Positions 31,659 through 41,321 of a stretch of 64,000 bases of DNA are shown piece by piece. Each line of letters opens with the position of its first letter. The first letter of the stretch is position 1. The DNA comes from Bacillales bacterium UBA5026 (GTDB lineage: Bacteria; Bacillota_I; Bacilli_A; RF39; UBA660): assembly GCA_002416285.1 (NCBI GenBank), contig DICM01000030.1, positions 2,468-66,467 of the forward strand, in the 5' to 3' direction. Made by a program: the position numbers and the translations under genes. Under the pieces are notes generated by a model, which saw only the letters and a list, made by a program, of their open reading frames with translations, did not search any database and was not told the origin of the DNA.

Positions 31659-33209
31659 CTACAAATTTTCATTTACCAATAATACTGGTCGGAATCCAAA
31701 TGCAACACCTGCTTCACCTGCTAAGTCATTATAGAAAAAATGAAATATTCCTGCCTTAGTAGCATCAGTATGATATCCGCCTCGCCTCAACCATGGCTTA
31801 GTAGTATTAAAAGGCATGGTTGTATCATTGTACCATCCTAGTTGCCCCTCTGCTGCAGAGCTGGTTTCATACATTGCATCTCCTTTGGTAGAAGCAGAAT
31901 ATCCCGAATATATATCAATATATTTCGGATCAATTAACGATACATCTGTTATTCCACTGGAACCAGATAATTTACTTAAGTTAGCCATTACATATTCATC
32001 AGCCCCGCCCGACATATCATAGATTCCATAGATAGTTCCTGTTGTCGAGGCCTTTACTCCGTTTAATGTTTGATATTGATTTAGACAGCCTGTGGTAACA
32101 TTTGACGATACCGAATTACCTGCACACCCAGTGACATAACTATTAGCTGGATTTATCCATACTTCTTCCGTCTCTTTTCCATATTTTGATTGCGATAAAT
32201 ATGCGATTGCACCCCATTCAATATTTTTCATCATATGAGTATCTATCCCAGTTCCGGTTGCTCCCCAACCATATTTTGAATTCTTTTCCATATTACGTGA
32301 TGCTTCAAACATACTGTTTATATTTAAACTTCTCAATGACGAAACATTCGGTTTTATATCGATTGCATTTATGGTACCGCTTGCTTCAAATTTTGCTACC
32401 CAGATACCATTTAATTCATCTGTTCCAAATGTAAATGCCGGATGATTTGTCCACTTATTATTGGAAGCATTTGCACCTGAATCTGTATCTATATTTCCTA
32501 TTACAGGTGAATTCCAATTATCATCTGTATTTTTCGTAAATTGTATTTCGATTGTTCCTGCATTGGATGTATGCCATCCACTACTTATCTTATAAATATA
32601 TCTTGGAATCCATACAAAGTAAGATCCATCAGCAGTTTTCACATTGGCCCATTTCTTAGCATTATAATCATACCAGTCTGGATCATTTACAGTAGTTTCA
32701 ATTTCGTTATTACTGCTATCCCATTTAATTGGTATCATTCCTTCAGTTAGTTTTGGAGAATTCACTCCTTTATCAGCATTAAATTCATTTTCTTCGGGAG
32801 AAGGAGTGGTGACTTCACAATTAATTTCTGTTTTCTCAGGATTCACTTTGGCTTTTCCATTTTGATAGTCTACAATATACTGGTCGAACTCAAATGATCC
32901 ACTTTCTACATTTCCGGCTTTGATGACTACACATACTCTGGTTGGAATTTTTCCTTTATACTTAACTTCCGTAAGTGTAGTCAAATCATAAGTTCCATCT
33001 GGTTTCGTTTCATAGTTTCCGTTTTCAATCATCTTTTGAAGACTTGATTTTGCAATCGCATCAATGAATCCATAAGTGCTACTTTCTGCAGCTCCCTTTT
33101 TTGCACTATCAATCACTCCTAAGATCATCGGAGTTGCAATGAGAGCGATGATTGTGAGTATGACAATTACCGCTAATAATTCAATTAAGGTAAATCCATT
33201 TTTTCTCAT
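31659..33209 (-). CDS. Large type IV pilin-like protein (prepilin-type N-terminal cleavage/methylation domain plus a 480-aa C-terminal domain)
   Basis: MRKNG-FTLIELLAVIVILTIIALIATP is a canonical class III signal peptide. Start at MRK with an AGGAGTG RBS, so the ORF-track start at 33263 is too long. Confidence 0.7.
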   Translation of the reverse strand: MRKNGFTLIELLAVIVILTIIALIATPMILGVIDSAKKGAAESSTYGFIDAIAKSSLQKMIENGNYETKPDGTYDLTTLTEVKYKGKIPTRVCVVIKAGNVESGSFEFDQYIVDYQNGKAKVNPEKTEINCEVTTPSPEENEFNADKGVNSPKLTEGMIPIKWDSSNNEIETTVNDPDWYDYNAKKWANVKTADGSYFVWIPRYIYKISSGWHTSNAGTIEIQFTKNTDDNWNSPVIGNIDTDSGANASNNKWTNHPAFTFGTDELNGIWVAKFEASGTINAIDIKPNVSSLRSLNINSMFEASRNMEKNSKYGWGATGTGIDTHMMKNIEWGAIAYLSQSKYGKETEEVWINPANSYVTGCAGNSVSSNVTTGCLNQYQTLNGVKASTTGTIYGIYDMSGGADEYVMANLSKLSGSSGITDVSLIDPKYIDIYSGYSASTKGDAMYETSSAAEGQLGWYNDTTMPFNTTKPWLRRGGYHTDATKAGIFHFFYNDLAGEAGVAFGFRPVLLVNENL

Positions 33210-33320
33210 CCCTAATTCACTCCTATTCTCTCTTATTTTAGCATATATTATTTCTCTATTCAATCATTACTAAATTTATCATACTCACAAAGTATAATAA
33301 AAAATGTAGTTTTCACTACA

Positions 33321-35312
33321 TTAGTATTTGTTTAATATTCTATTTTTAATTGTCTGATAATCGAAACCTACTTCTCTTAAAACTTCTTCTTTGGTACCAG
33401 AAGCACCGAATTGTTCAATAGTACAAAGATAATCTTCATTGTAAACGAAGGATTCCCATCCTAGTTTTGATCCAGCCTCAATCACGAACGTCTTATATCC
33501 TTTTGGAAGTACTGATTCACGATATTCTTTGGTTTGGATTTGAAATAATTCTCTACAAGGCATGCTGACAACACGCAGGTGAATTCCTTTTTCTCTCTCC
33601 AGATCTTCAGCAATATGAATAGCAAAACTGACTTCCGTTCCCGTTGCAATTAAAATTCCATGTAAAGGGCCTATCTCTTTTTGTACCATATAGCCACCAA
33701 ATGCAACTCCTTTAGGACTTGTGTATGGCAGTAATTCCACTTCAATTTTGGATAGAACTAATACATTGGGATATTTTGTTGATTCCAACATGAGATGCCA
33801 ACAACCTATAAGTTCATGGGCATCGGCCGGACGAAATACATTCATCCCCGGAATTGCTCTTAAACTTGCTAATTGTTCAACTGGTTGATGTGTTGGTCCA
33901 TCTTGACCTATGGATACAGAATCATGAGTAAAAATATAGTTAACTGGTAACTTCATTAGAGCACTCATTCGAATTGCTGGTTTCATATAATCAGCGAATG
34001 CGAACATCGTCGAACCAAAGACACGGAAATTACTCAAAGCCATTCCGTTTAAAATTGCCCCCATAGCATGTTCTCGTACTCCAAAGTTAATATTTCTCCC
34101 AGAAAAATCAGTAGAAGTAATTTGTCCATAAGTGTCTAAATAAACGTTAGTTGATTTGGCCATATCTGAACTTCCACCTAAGAAATTAGGAAGCATGTAT
34201 GCGATTTCTTTCATAATAGTCCGATTAGTCGTTTTGGTTGATTCTTTTAAGTCTTGGGGAAAGTAAAATTCATGTCTCATTAAATTAATTGGTGTTTCTT
34301 TACCAAAAATAAACTGATAATCACTAGACTTTTTGTTTGTTTTTCCATTCATGAAATCTTGATAGTTTTTTGCCCAATCATTGTATTTAGAGCGAGTACG
34401 TTCCTGAATCTGCTTAGACATTCTTTCCTTAGCTTCAACGTTATATTGAAATATATCTTTTGAAAAGCCCAAACTATATCTTATTTGTTCTAAATCGTCT
34501 TTTTCTAAAGGCTCACCGTGAACTTTTGCCGTTCCCGCATAGTTAGAACCTTCACCAATAATCGTTTTAATCTCAATTAGCGTTGGTTTATTATTTTTTT
34601 TAGCCTTCGTTATAGCTTTATCAATCGTATTTATATCCTTACCATCTTTTACAAATTCTGTTGCCCATCCCATAGCTTCAAACTTTGCTCTGACATTTTC
34701 TTTCATTATAGATTGTAAAGGTCCGTCTAAGGTAACATCATTTGAATCATATAATACAATTAAATGATCTAATTCTAGTGATCCAGCTAATGAAGCCGCT
34801 TCACTCGTAATTCCCTCCATAATATCTCCATCACTGCATAGAACATAAATATAATGATCGATAAGTGAACGTGATTCGAAAAGAATATTATTTTGAGGAA
34901 ACGTGAGTTCTTTTCTTAATTTTTTCTCACTGATAGCCATTCCAACAGCAGTAGCAAATCCTTGCCCAAGTGGCCCTGTAGTTACATCTACTCCGGGTGT
35001 AATCCCATATTCAGGATGTCCTGGGGTTTTTGATCCAATTCTTCTAAATTTTTTTAAATCATCAATTGTTAGAGAATAGCCAGACAAAAAAAGTGTAGCA
35101 TACAGTAGTGCCGATCCATGACCCGCAGATAATATAAAACGATCTCTATTTGGCCAATATGGATCGGATACATTAACATTCATATGGCGTGCATAAAGTG
35201 CATAAAGGATTGGTGCTGCTCCCAAAGTAATTCCCGGATGCCCACTTCCCGCTTTGTTAATCATATCAAGTCCGAGTATTTTAATGGATGCGATAACTTC
35301 TTGTTCCATCAT
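33321..35312 (-). CDS. tkt: Transketolase
   Basis: 663 aa with a GDG thiamine diphosphate-binding motif and the transketolase C-terminal domain. Confidence 0.95.
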   Translation of the reverse strand: MMEQEVIASIKILGLDMINKAGSGHPGITLGAAPILYALYARHMNVNVSDPYWPNRDRFILSAGHGSALLYATLFLSGYSLTIDDLKKFRRIGSKTPGHPEYGITPGVDVTTGPLGQGFATAVGMAISEKKLRKELTFPQNNILFESRSLIDHYIYVLCSDGDIMEGITSEAASLAGSLELDHLIVLYDSNDVTLDGPLQSIMKENVRAKFEAMGWATEFVKDGKDINTIDKAITKAKKNNKPTLIEIKTIIGEGSNYAGTAKVHGEPLEKDDLEQIRYSLGFSKDIFQYNVEAKERMSKQIQERTRSKYNDWAKNYQDFMNGKTNKKSSDYQFIFGKETPINLMRHEFYFPQDLKESTKTTNRTIMKEIAYMLPNFLGGSSDMAKSTNVYLDTYGQITSTDFSGRNINFGVREHAMGAILNGMALSNFRVFGSTMFAFADYMKPAIRMSALMKLPVNYIFTHDSVSIGQDGPTHQPVEQLASLRAIPGMNVFRPADAHELIGCWHLMLESTKYPNVLVLSKIEVELLPYTSPKGVAFGGYMVQKEIGPLHGILIATGTEVSFAIHIAEDLEREKGIHLRVVSMPCRELFQIQTKEYRESVLPKGYKTFVIEAGSKLGWESFVYNEDYLCTIEQFGASGTKEEVLREVGFDYQTIKNRILNKY

Positions 35313-35435
35313 ACCCCTCCTATTCTTATACTATTATACCAAGAAATTATTAGATTCATAAATTATTTTTATAAAATCACAAAATAAAACAGACTTATAC
35401 GAAATCTGTTTTATTTAATATAGTTTTACTATATC

Positions 35436-35603
35436 CTAATTTTGACTTACCTTTGTATCTAGTACAGAGGAATCTTGATAGGCAATTAAATTGGAATTTT
35501 GACCTTCTTCCATATAGTGGAATGTTCCTGCATTTAAATATGTAATGCCTAGAATAAAAATAATAAAACCAATCATACCTTTACTTTTCATAATTTCTTT
35601 CAT
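35436..35603 (-). CDS. Unannotated 55-aa single-TM peptide, SOS-regulated, divergent from lexA. Candidate SOS cell-division inhibitor.
   Basis: Hand-translated MKEIMKSKGMIGFIIFILGITYLNAGTFHYMEEGQNSNLIAYQDSSVLDTKVSQN. An AAGGAGGA RBS lies 7 nt upstream. The promoter is TTGACA-N17-TATAAT with a LexA box in the spacer. Confidence 0.5.
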   Translation of the reverse strand: MKEIMKSKGMIGFIIFILGITYLNAGTFHYMEEGQNSNLIAYQDSSVLDTKVSQN

Positions 35604-35626
35604 ATATATCCTCCTTAAGTGATTTT

Positions 35627-35655
35627 ATTATATTACAAACATTTGTTCGTGTCAA
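35627..35655 (-). promoter_or_regulatory. Consensus sigma-A promoter of the small SOS gene, with an embedded LexA box
   Basis: Minus strand reads TTGACA-CGAACAAATGTTTGTAA-TATAAT. Confidence 0.6.
35636..35649. promoter_or_regulatory. LexA (Cheo/SOS) box 1
   Basis: The minus strand reads CGAACAAATGTTTG, matching the Gram-positive consensus CGAACRNRYGTTCG. Confidence 0.7.
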
Positions 35656-35663
35656 TATTTTTT

Positions 35664-35677
35664 CGAACAAATGTTTG
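35664..35677. promoter_or_regulatory. LexA (Cheo/SOS) box 2, overlapping the lexA -35
   Basis: The plus strand reads CGAACAAATGTTTG. The lexA -35 TTGACT sits at 35675-35680. Confidence 0.7.
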
Positions 35678-35730
35678 ACTTTACACTTTTTATATGTTAA
35701 ACTTTAAGTAACAAAAAGGAGGTTATCATT

Positions 35731-36348
35731 TTGGAACAACTAACAAAACGACAAAATGAGATTTTAACTTATATCAAGGAATACGTTGTAGGACATGGAT
35801 TTCCGCCAACCGTTCGAGAGATTGGATCGGCACTTGGAGTTTCATCCCCTGCTACGATTCATGCTCATCTTGAGAACCTAGAACAAAAAGGATTTATCAA
35901 AAAAGATGGAACAAAGAATAGAGCAATTGAATTGCTTGTTAAAAATGAATTTGCTAATCAGGACGAACTAGTTGTTGAAGTTCCACTTCTTGGTACAATT
36001 ACAGCAGGAAATCCGATTGAAGCAATAGAAAACCCTGATGAATTCTTTGCTTTACCAGCATATTTAATTCCACGTAATAAAGATGTGTTTACATTACATG
36101 TTCATGGTACTAGTATGATTAATGTTGGTATATTAGATGGAGATATCGTAATTGTTGAAAAGCAAAATACAGCACGAAATGGTGAGATTGTAGTAGCAAT
36201 GACAGATGAGAATGAAGTTACTTTAAAAACTTTTTATAAAGAAAATAATTACTTTAGATTACAACCTGAAAATGATACAATGGATCCTATCATTCTAGAA
36301 AATGTTACTATTTTAGGTAAAGCTGTAGGACTTTATCGAAAAATTTAA
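35731..36348 (+). CDS. lexA: LexA repressor
   Basis: N-terminal wHTH (GFPPTVREIGSALGVSSPATIHAHLENLEQKGFI) and a C-terminal S24 peptidase domain (GTSM...K). TTG start after a GGAGG RBS. Confidence 0.9.
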   Translation: MEQLTKRQNEILTYIKEYVVGHGFPPTVREIGSALGVSSPATIHAHLENLEQKGFIKKDGTKNRAIELLVKNEFANQDELVVEVPLLGTITAGNPIEAIENPDEFFALPAYLIPRNKDVFTLHVHGTSMINVGILDGDIVIVEKQNTARNGEIVVAMTDENEVTLKTFYKENNYFRLQPENDTMDPIILENVTILGKAVGLYRKI

Positions 36349-36355
36349 AAGGAAA

Positions 36356-36685
36356 CTATTTAGTTTCCTTTTCTTTATTCTCATAATAATAATCAATAAT
36401 TTTATCTTTTATATTCTCTTTGGAGTTTTTTAATTCCTCCATTAGATTTTTCCAAACATGGTCAGCATTATCTTTTAATTCTTCTTTCCAATTAGGATGA
36501 GCAAGTTCAAATTGTTCCCATTTTCCCATTGTAAATTCTTTCGCTTGGTTTGCTTTTTCTAAAGTATAGTTTTTTACTTCAGAAAATGTATATCCCCCAA
36601 TCGTTTCTTCATCTAGAAAGAATCCTAACAAATGAAGTCCTTGTTTTTTTAAAGCATCATTTATATTGGTATCCTTTTTCTCCAT
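36356..36685 (-). CDS. Hypothetical cytoplasmic protein
   Basis: 109 aa, convergent with lexA. No motifs recognised. Confidence 0.4.
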   Translation of the reverse strand: MEKKDTNINDALKKQGLHLLGFFLDEETIGGYTFSEVKNYTLEKANQAKEFTMGKWEQFELAHPNWKEELKDNADHVWKNLMEELKNSKENIKDKIIDYYYENKEKETK

Positions 36686-36746
36686 ATGATCCCTCCTATT
36701 TTAGTATATGTAAAAGGAATCATTATAGATACGAAAAAATATCTGA

Positions 36747-37595
36747 TTATTTCAGATATTCTTTGAGTTTTTGCTTTGCTTTCGATGCACCATCTTTTAC
36801 TTTTTCTTCAGCATTTTGATAAGCCTCACCTTGTTTGATGTCTTCGTAATTTTCTTTACCTTTTTGTTTGGTAGTATCCCATAATTTTCCAAGACTATCT
36901 TTAATGTCATTAATGTTTTCTGACACCTGATCTGCATCTTCACCATAAAATTGTCGAGAAGCTTCTTTCACACTATCACCGAAATCATTGATGTTATCTT
37001 TCGTCCAATCCCACCAAACACTATAGCTAGTACTATAACGTTTCTTTTGTTGTTCACTTAAATCAGAATAATTAATGCCATTCCAATTATCTTTTTTCAC
37101 ACGGAACTTTCCGATTTTGATTGATAATGAAACTAACTTATCTTCATATTTTTTTCTATTACCATCTTTAATAATTTGTTTTAAAAGTTCCGTATTTTTT
37201 TCAACATATATAACTAGTTCTTCTGCTGAATTGAATTTTTCTGGTTCAGAAGGAAAATTATATTCCTCATCTAAAGTTTCTTGCATCTCTTCAGATAATT
37301 GTTCTGTTGTTTCAGGAAGTGGTTCTATAACTGGAATTTCAATTGTTTCAGGCATTGTTGTCTCTACTACTAAAGTTTCTTCTGGTTTTCTTTCTGTTTC
37401 ATAAGTAATAGTAGACTCTACAACAGTTGGTTTTTTTGTAGGTGCTACTGTCTCGATAGAAGTTGTTTCTTTTTTTGTTTCACCTTTGTCGCTACACCCT
37501 GTCAATGTTACAGTACCTAAAAATGACATTGCAAATAAAGTCGTTTTGGCAAATTTTATAAAGTCTTTTTTGTTATATAATTCAAATCTTTTCAT
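36747..37595 (-). CDS. Lipoprotein with an acidic/Thr-rich linker
   Basis: Signal peptide with lipobox LTGC. Overlaps the queH start. Confidence 0.6.
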   Translation of the reverse strand: MKRFELYNKKDFIKFAKTTLFAMSFLGTVTLTGCSDKGETKKETTSIETVAPTKKPTVVESTITYETERKPEETLVVETTMPETIEIPVIEPLPETTEQLSEEMQETLDEEYNFPSEPEKFNSAEELVIYVEKNTELLKQIIKDGNRKKYEDKLVSLSIKIGKFRVKKDNWNGINYSDLSEQQKKRYSTSYSVWWDWTKDNINDFGDSVKEASRQFYGEDADQVSENINDIKDSLGKLWDTTKQKGKENYEDIKQGEAYQNAEEKVKDGASKAKQKLKEYLK

Positions 37596-38199
37596 ATTCT
37601 AACTCCCTTTCTTGCTTTGAATAGATACATCCACAGTAATCTTGACGATAAAGTCCATATTCTTTGGATAGTTCGATTGATCTTTTGTATCCGTTCTTCT
37701 TTTTTAAATCAGCGTATAAATAGTTAACACCTATTTCTCTTGCTAGATATTCTCCAATTTGGTTTAATTTTTCTGAATTTTTATGAGGACTAATCGATAA
37801 CGATGTAGTGAAATAATCATATCCTAATTCTTTTGCTTTGAGCGCAGTTGCTTTCATTCGTAGATGGTAGCATTTAAAACATCTTGCTCCGCCCTCTTTT
37901 TCCATTTCTAATCCTTTACTCATTTCAAAGAATAATTCTGGTTCATATGGTCCTTCGATAAAAGAAATCGTGTGTTTTGGTTGAAACTTCGAGATAAATC
38001 GTTGCTGTTCTTCTCTTCTTCTTTGAAACTCTTCTTCCTCTGTAATATTAGGATTATAGTAAAATACTGTGATTTCAAAAAAATTACTGAGGCGTTCTAG
38101 TGTTGCACTACTACAAGGCGCACAGCAAGTATGAAGTAATAATTTAGGTACTCCATTTAATTGTTCAATCTGGTTTTCCATTAATAAATTATAATTCAT
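37582..38199 (-). CDS. queH: Epoxyqueuosine reductase QueH (DUF208)
   Basis: LLLHTCCAPCSS and C-terminal CGC motifs. Confidence 0.8.
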   Translation of the reverse strand: MNYNLLMENQIEQLNGVPKLLLHTCCAPCSSATLERLSNFFEITVFYYNPNITEEEEFQRRREEQQRFISKFQPKHTISFIEGPYEPELFFEMSKGLEMEKEGGARCFKCYHLRMKATALKAKELGYDYFTTSLSISPHKNSEKLNQIGEYLAREIGVNYLYADLKKKNGYKRSIELSKEYGLYRQDYCGCIYSKQERELEYEKI

Positions 38200-38290
38200 A
38201 AATCGCCTCCATTAACAGTATATTATATCACTTTTTTTGATTTTGTATAGTTCTTTTAAAATATGGCAAACTAAAATTGAGTGTGATATT

Positions 38291-38800
38291 ATGACCATAT
38301 TACTTTATATAATTATATTTTTTTGTAAGGTATTAGAAAATGCTTTAGCAACTCTCCGTGTTATTGTGATATCAAATGGAAAAAGAATACTAGGTGCTTT
38401 TTTGGCAGGTGCTACCGCCATTCTTTGGGTGTTCACAGCTGGTGCGGTATTAAAAGATGTTCATGAGGATCTTTTTAAAGTCTTCTTCTTTTGTTTTGGT
38501 ACTTTTGTTGGCTCCTATGTCGGTTGTTATATTGAAAACAAATTAGCACTTGGAAACAATACGATTACCTGTATTATTAAGAATGAAAAAGCATTTTTAA
38601 TCGATGAAATCCGAAATCTTGGTTATGCAGTTACTGTAATACATGCTGAAGGAATGGAAGAAAACAGACTGATACTGTTAATTATGCTCCCAAGGAGGAG
38701 AAGACGTGAGGTAACTGATTTCATTAAGGAACGTGCTGAAGATGCTGTTATTATTGCAGAGAAGGTTATTCCGATCAATGGAGGTCACCAAGGTCCTTAG
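38291..38800 (+). CDS. UPF0316/DUF2179-family membrane protein
   Basis: Three TM helices, then a C-terminal domain (LALGNNTITCIIKNEK...LGYAVTVIHAEG...INGG) resembling staphylococcal UPF0316 proteins. Start at MTILLY. Confidence 0.6.
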   Translation: MTILLYIIIFFCKVLENALATLRVIVISNGKRILGAFLAGATAILWVFTAGAVLKDVHEDLFKVFFFCFGTFVGSYVGCYIENKLALGNNTITCIIKNEKAFLIDEIRNLGYAVTVIHAEGMEENRLILLIMLPRRRRREVTDFIKERAEDAVIIAEKVIPINGGHQGP

Positions 38801-39443
38801 CTAGTTTCTCGGGAACATCTGTAATTAAATACTGTACATTACCTTTTGGTATACTTTTATTGACCGTCCAAAGAAAAATTTCCTGCTCTGTTTTTGGTAT
38901 TGTTAACCGTTGTTCCAATACCAAAAAATCAAATACTTTATAATCTTTATTTTGATTTAAAAGTGGACCGATAATAATCCCACATTTTATTTCAGGATGC
39001 AGCTCCTTCATAGTTTTAATTAGTTCGTAATGAAAACTACATAGATAAATATTCAAATAAGAATATTTTTTTATTACTTTATAAACTTGCTTTAAATAAG
39101 TATCATAGACATCTGTTTCGTGCTTTAATTCTAAAAGGAGAATCTTATCCGAATGAATATTGTTCAGTACATCCTCTAAAACAGCTATTTTAGTAGGATT
39201 TTTCTTTGTACCAAATTGATATTTCTGGAGTTCTTTTAAAGGCGTGAGCGCAACAAAACCGTGTCCATTACTAGTATGATCAATTGTCAAATTATGATTC
39301 AACACTAATTTTTGATCATAGGTCATACGAACATCGGTTTCGATTCCAGCAATATACTCTTTTTCTAATGCAGATAAGATCGCTTCTTTCGTATTTTCAC
39401 CATAACGATCTTCTGTATTTCCTCTATGTGCGATTAACTTCAT
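38775..39443 (-). CDS. Glycerophosphodiester phosphodiesterase family
   Basis: MKLIAHRGNT...GIETDVRMT GDPD motifs. Confidence 0.8.
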   Translation of the reverse strand: MKLIAHRGNTEDRYGENTKEAILSALEKEYIAGIETDVRMTYDQKLVLNHNLTIDHTSNGHGFVALTPLKELQKYQFGTKKNPTKIAVLEDVLNNIHSDKILLLELKHETDVYDTYLKQVYKVIKKYSYLNIYLCSFHYELIKTMKELHPEIKCGIIIGPLLNQNKDYKVFDFLVLEQRLTIPKTEQEIFLWTVNKSIPKGNVQYLITDVPEKLAKDLGDLH

Positions 39444-39478
39444 ATTATCACCACTATAGAGTATGCTTTTTCACTTTA

Positions 39479-40006
39479 TTATAATTCTTTTTGTTTGTTA
39501 GAGATTGAACTTTCAATTACTCTTTGATTAATTTCTCCAATCACTAATTGGTTTTTTATATTTTCTAAATGTTGTTTTCTTTGACTTTTCTGTGAACATA
39601 GAAAGTTTATCGGTGAATATAATTCATCAACCGTATAATTCTTCTCTTTAATCGTCTTAATTGTATTATAGAAGACAACCATAAAGTCAGTTATCACTTC
39701 TGCAATCTCTTGATTTGAATTGTCTTTTATTTTTTCCAAATCCTGAAGACTCAATATTCCACCCCTATTTACACTAGGATGAAATGTTGTTTTGATATGT
39801 GAAACAATACCACTTAAAGTTACTAAAATATTAGGATTTGTAAAAAAACAAGCTTTTAAACGGTCACTTGTCATAAGTGATCCTAATATTAGGTCTAAGT
39901 CATTATTTGATATTTCTACTATATTTTCGGTAAAAACATTTTCTTTTTTCATGGGTAACCATGCATATAATTTTTTATTTTCTTGATACTTCATAAATAC
40001 TCCCAA
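39479..40006 (-). CDS. Hypothetical protein
   Basis: 175 aa, no motifs recognised. Tightly abuts the Tmk-like gene. Confidence 0.35.
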   Translation of the reverse strand: MGVFMKYQENKKLYAWLPMKKENVFTENIVEISNNDLDLILGSLMTSDRLKACFFTNPNILVTLSGIVSHIKTTFHPSVNRGGILSLQDLEKIKDNSNQEIAEVITDFMVVFYNTIKTIKEKNYTVDELYSPINFLCSQKSQRKQHLENIKNQLVIGEINQRVIESSISNKQKEL

Positions 40007-40681
40007 CTACCCCTTATTCAATTCTTCTATTACATAATTTACAACTTCCTCACTAATTTCTTCTTTAGATCGGATTCCATATTGATCACAACATTCAACC
40101 ACCTTGAATTGATACATTTTAGCTATTTCCTCAAATGCATTAAATGATGCCTCTAAATAAGCTTCGTTTCTCTCGTTTTCATCCTCGTTACCTCGATTGC
40201 ATTTTAATATATAGGCTTGTTGCGGTAGCATCCTCAAATAGACAGCAATTTCTGGTTTTGGTAATTCTAATAATCCATATTCGAGTTGATCAAGCCATTC
40301 ATACATTTTCTTACGACTTTCAAAATCATTAAATTTACAGCCTTGATGTGCCATATTCGAGTAAACGTATCGGTCTAATATAACATGGATTCCATTATCA
40401 AGTAAAAATTCAATTTTATGAATATTATATTTTCTATCAGCTGCATAATAAAGAGCAGCTACTTTTGGATTTACATTTGGTGCCGTCTCTGGAAATAGAC
40501 CATTTCCACTTCGACCCAAATAACAATCACCAACAATCTTTCCTGATGGAGAATCATAGTTTGGAAAACTAAATTTTTCTACGTTGATACCTTTTTCACG
40601 TAATGCCTGAATCAATAGCTTTGATTGAGTCTCTTTTCCAGAAGAATCACTTCCTTCGATAACGATTAATTTTCCTCTCAT
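40007..40681 (-). CDS. Thymidylate kinase-family (d)NMP kinase
   Basis: P-loop IEGSDSSGKETQ and the DRY motif (LDRYVYS). Confidence 0.6.
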   Translation of the reverse strand: MRGKLIVIEGSDSSGKETQSKLLIQALREKGINVEKFSFPNYDSPSGKIVGDCYLGRSGNGLFPETAPNVNPKVAALYYAADRKYNIHKIEFLLDNGIHVILDRYVYSNMAHQGCKFNDFESRKKMYEWLDQLEYGLLELPKPEIAVYLRMLPQQAYILKCNRGNEDENERNEAYLEASFNAFEEIAKMYQFKVVECCDQYGIRSKEEISEEVVNYVIEELNKG

Positions 40682-40719
40682 ATTCCCACCTCACTAACAT
40701 TATAACACGAACATCTGTT

Positions 40720-41310
40720 TCAATCAACAATTTCGTTTGCTTCAAATTTAACATCTAGAAATTTACGACTAGCAATATAGTCGCACATATGAACAAACTT
40801 TTGATATTTATTAATAGGTTTTGGTAACACTTCATTCCCTTTATAATCTTTTGTCCAAGGTCCCATATGAGAAGCAATAACATTTGTAACAAAATCAATT
40901 TCGTGATCTGTCAGTGTTAGTTCTTCCTGGTTTTCTCTTATAAAGTCACAAGCAAGTAACGGATGATTCACTACAGTATATTCACTTTTTTCTTTTCCTG
41001 ATTTTAGTCCATCATGTAATGTTAAAGCGAATAACATCAAATCCTTTTCCTCTTGTTTAAAAATCCCAGTAATACTCTCATCATTATACATTTCATAAGC
41101 AATTCGGACCGCAGCTTTCGTATGTCTTAGAAGTCCGCCTTCGCCTAATGAAAAAGATGGATGATATTTTCCCGTTGAACTTGCTGGTACTTCAAAAAAA
41201 TAATCTGGTAGTTTTGATACTAATATTTTTAAATTTTCAATATATCTTGCATTTTCTATATATTTATACTCTGTTTCAAATGCAGAGATTTTGTAATCCA
41301 TTGTATTCAT
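40720..41310 (-). CDS. HD-domain phosphohydrolase
   Basis: H...HD motif (KYHP ... LTLHDGLK). Confidence 0.55.
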   Translation of the reverse strand: MNTMDYKISAFETEYKYIENARYIENLKILVSKLPDYFFEVPASSTGKYHPSFSLGEGGLLRHTKAAVRIAYEMYNDESITGIFKQEEKDLMLFALTLHDGLKSGKEKSEYTVVNHPLLACDFIRENQEELTLTDHEIDFVTNVIASHMGPWTKDYKGNEVLPKPINKYQKFVHMCDYIASRKFLDVKFEANEIVD

Positions 41311-41321
41311 AATTCCTCCTA

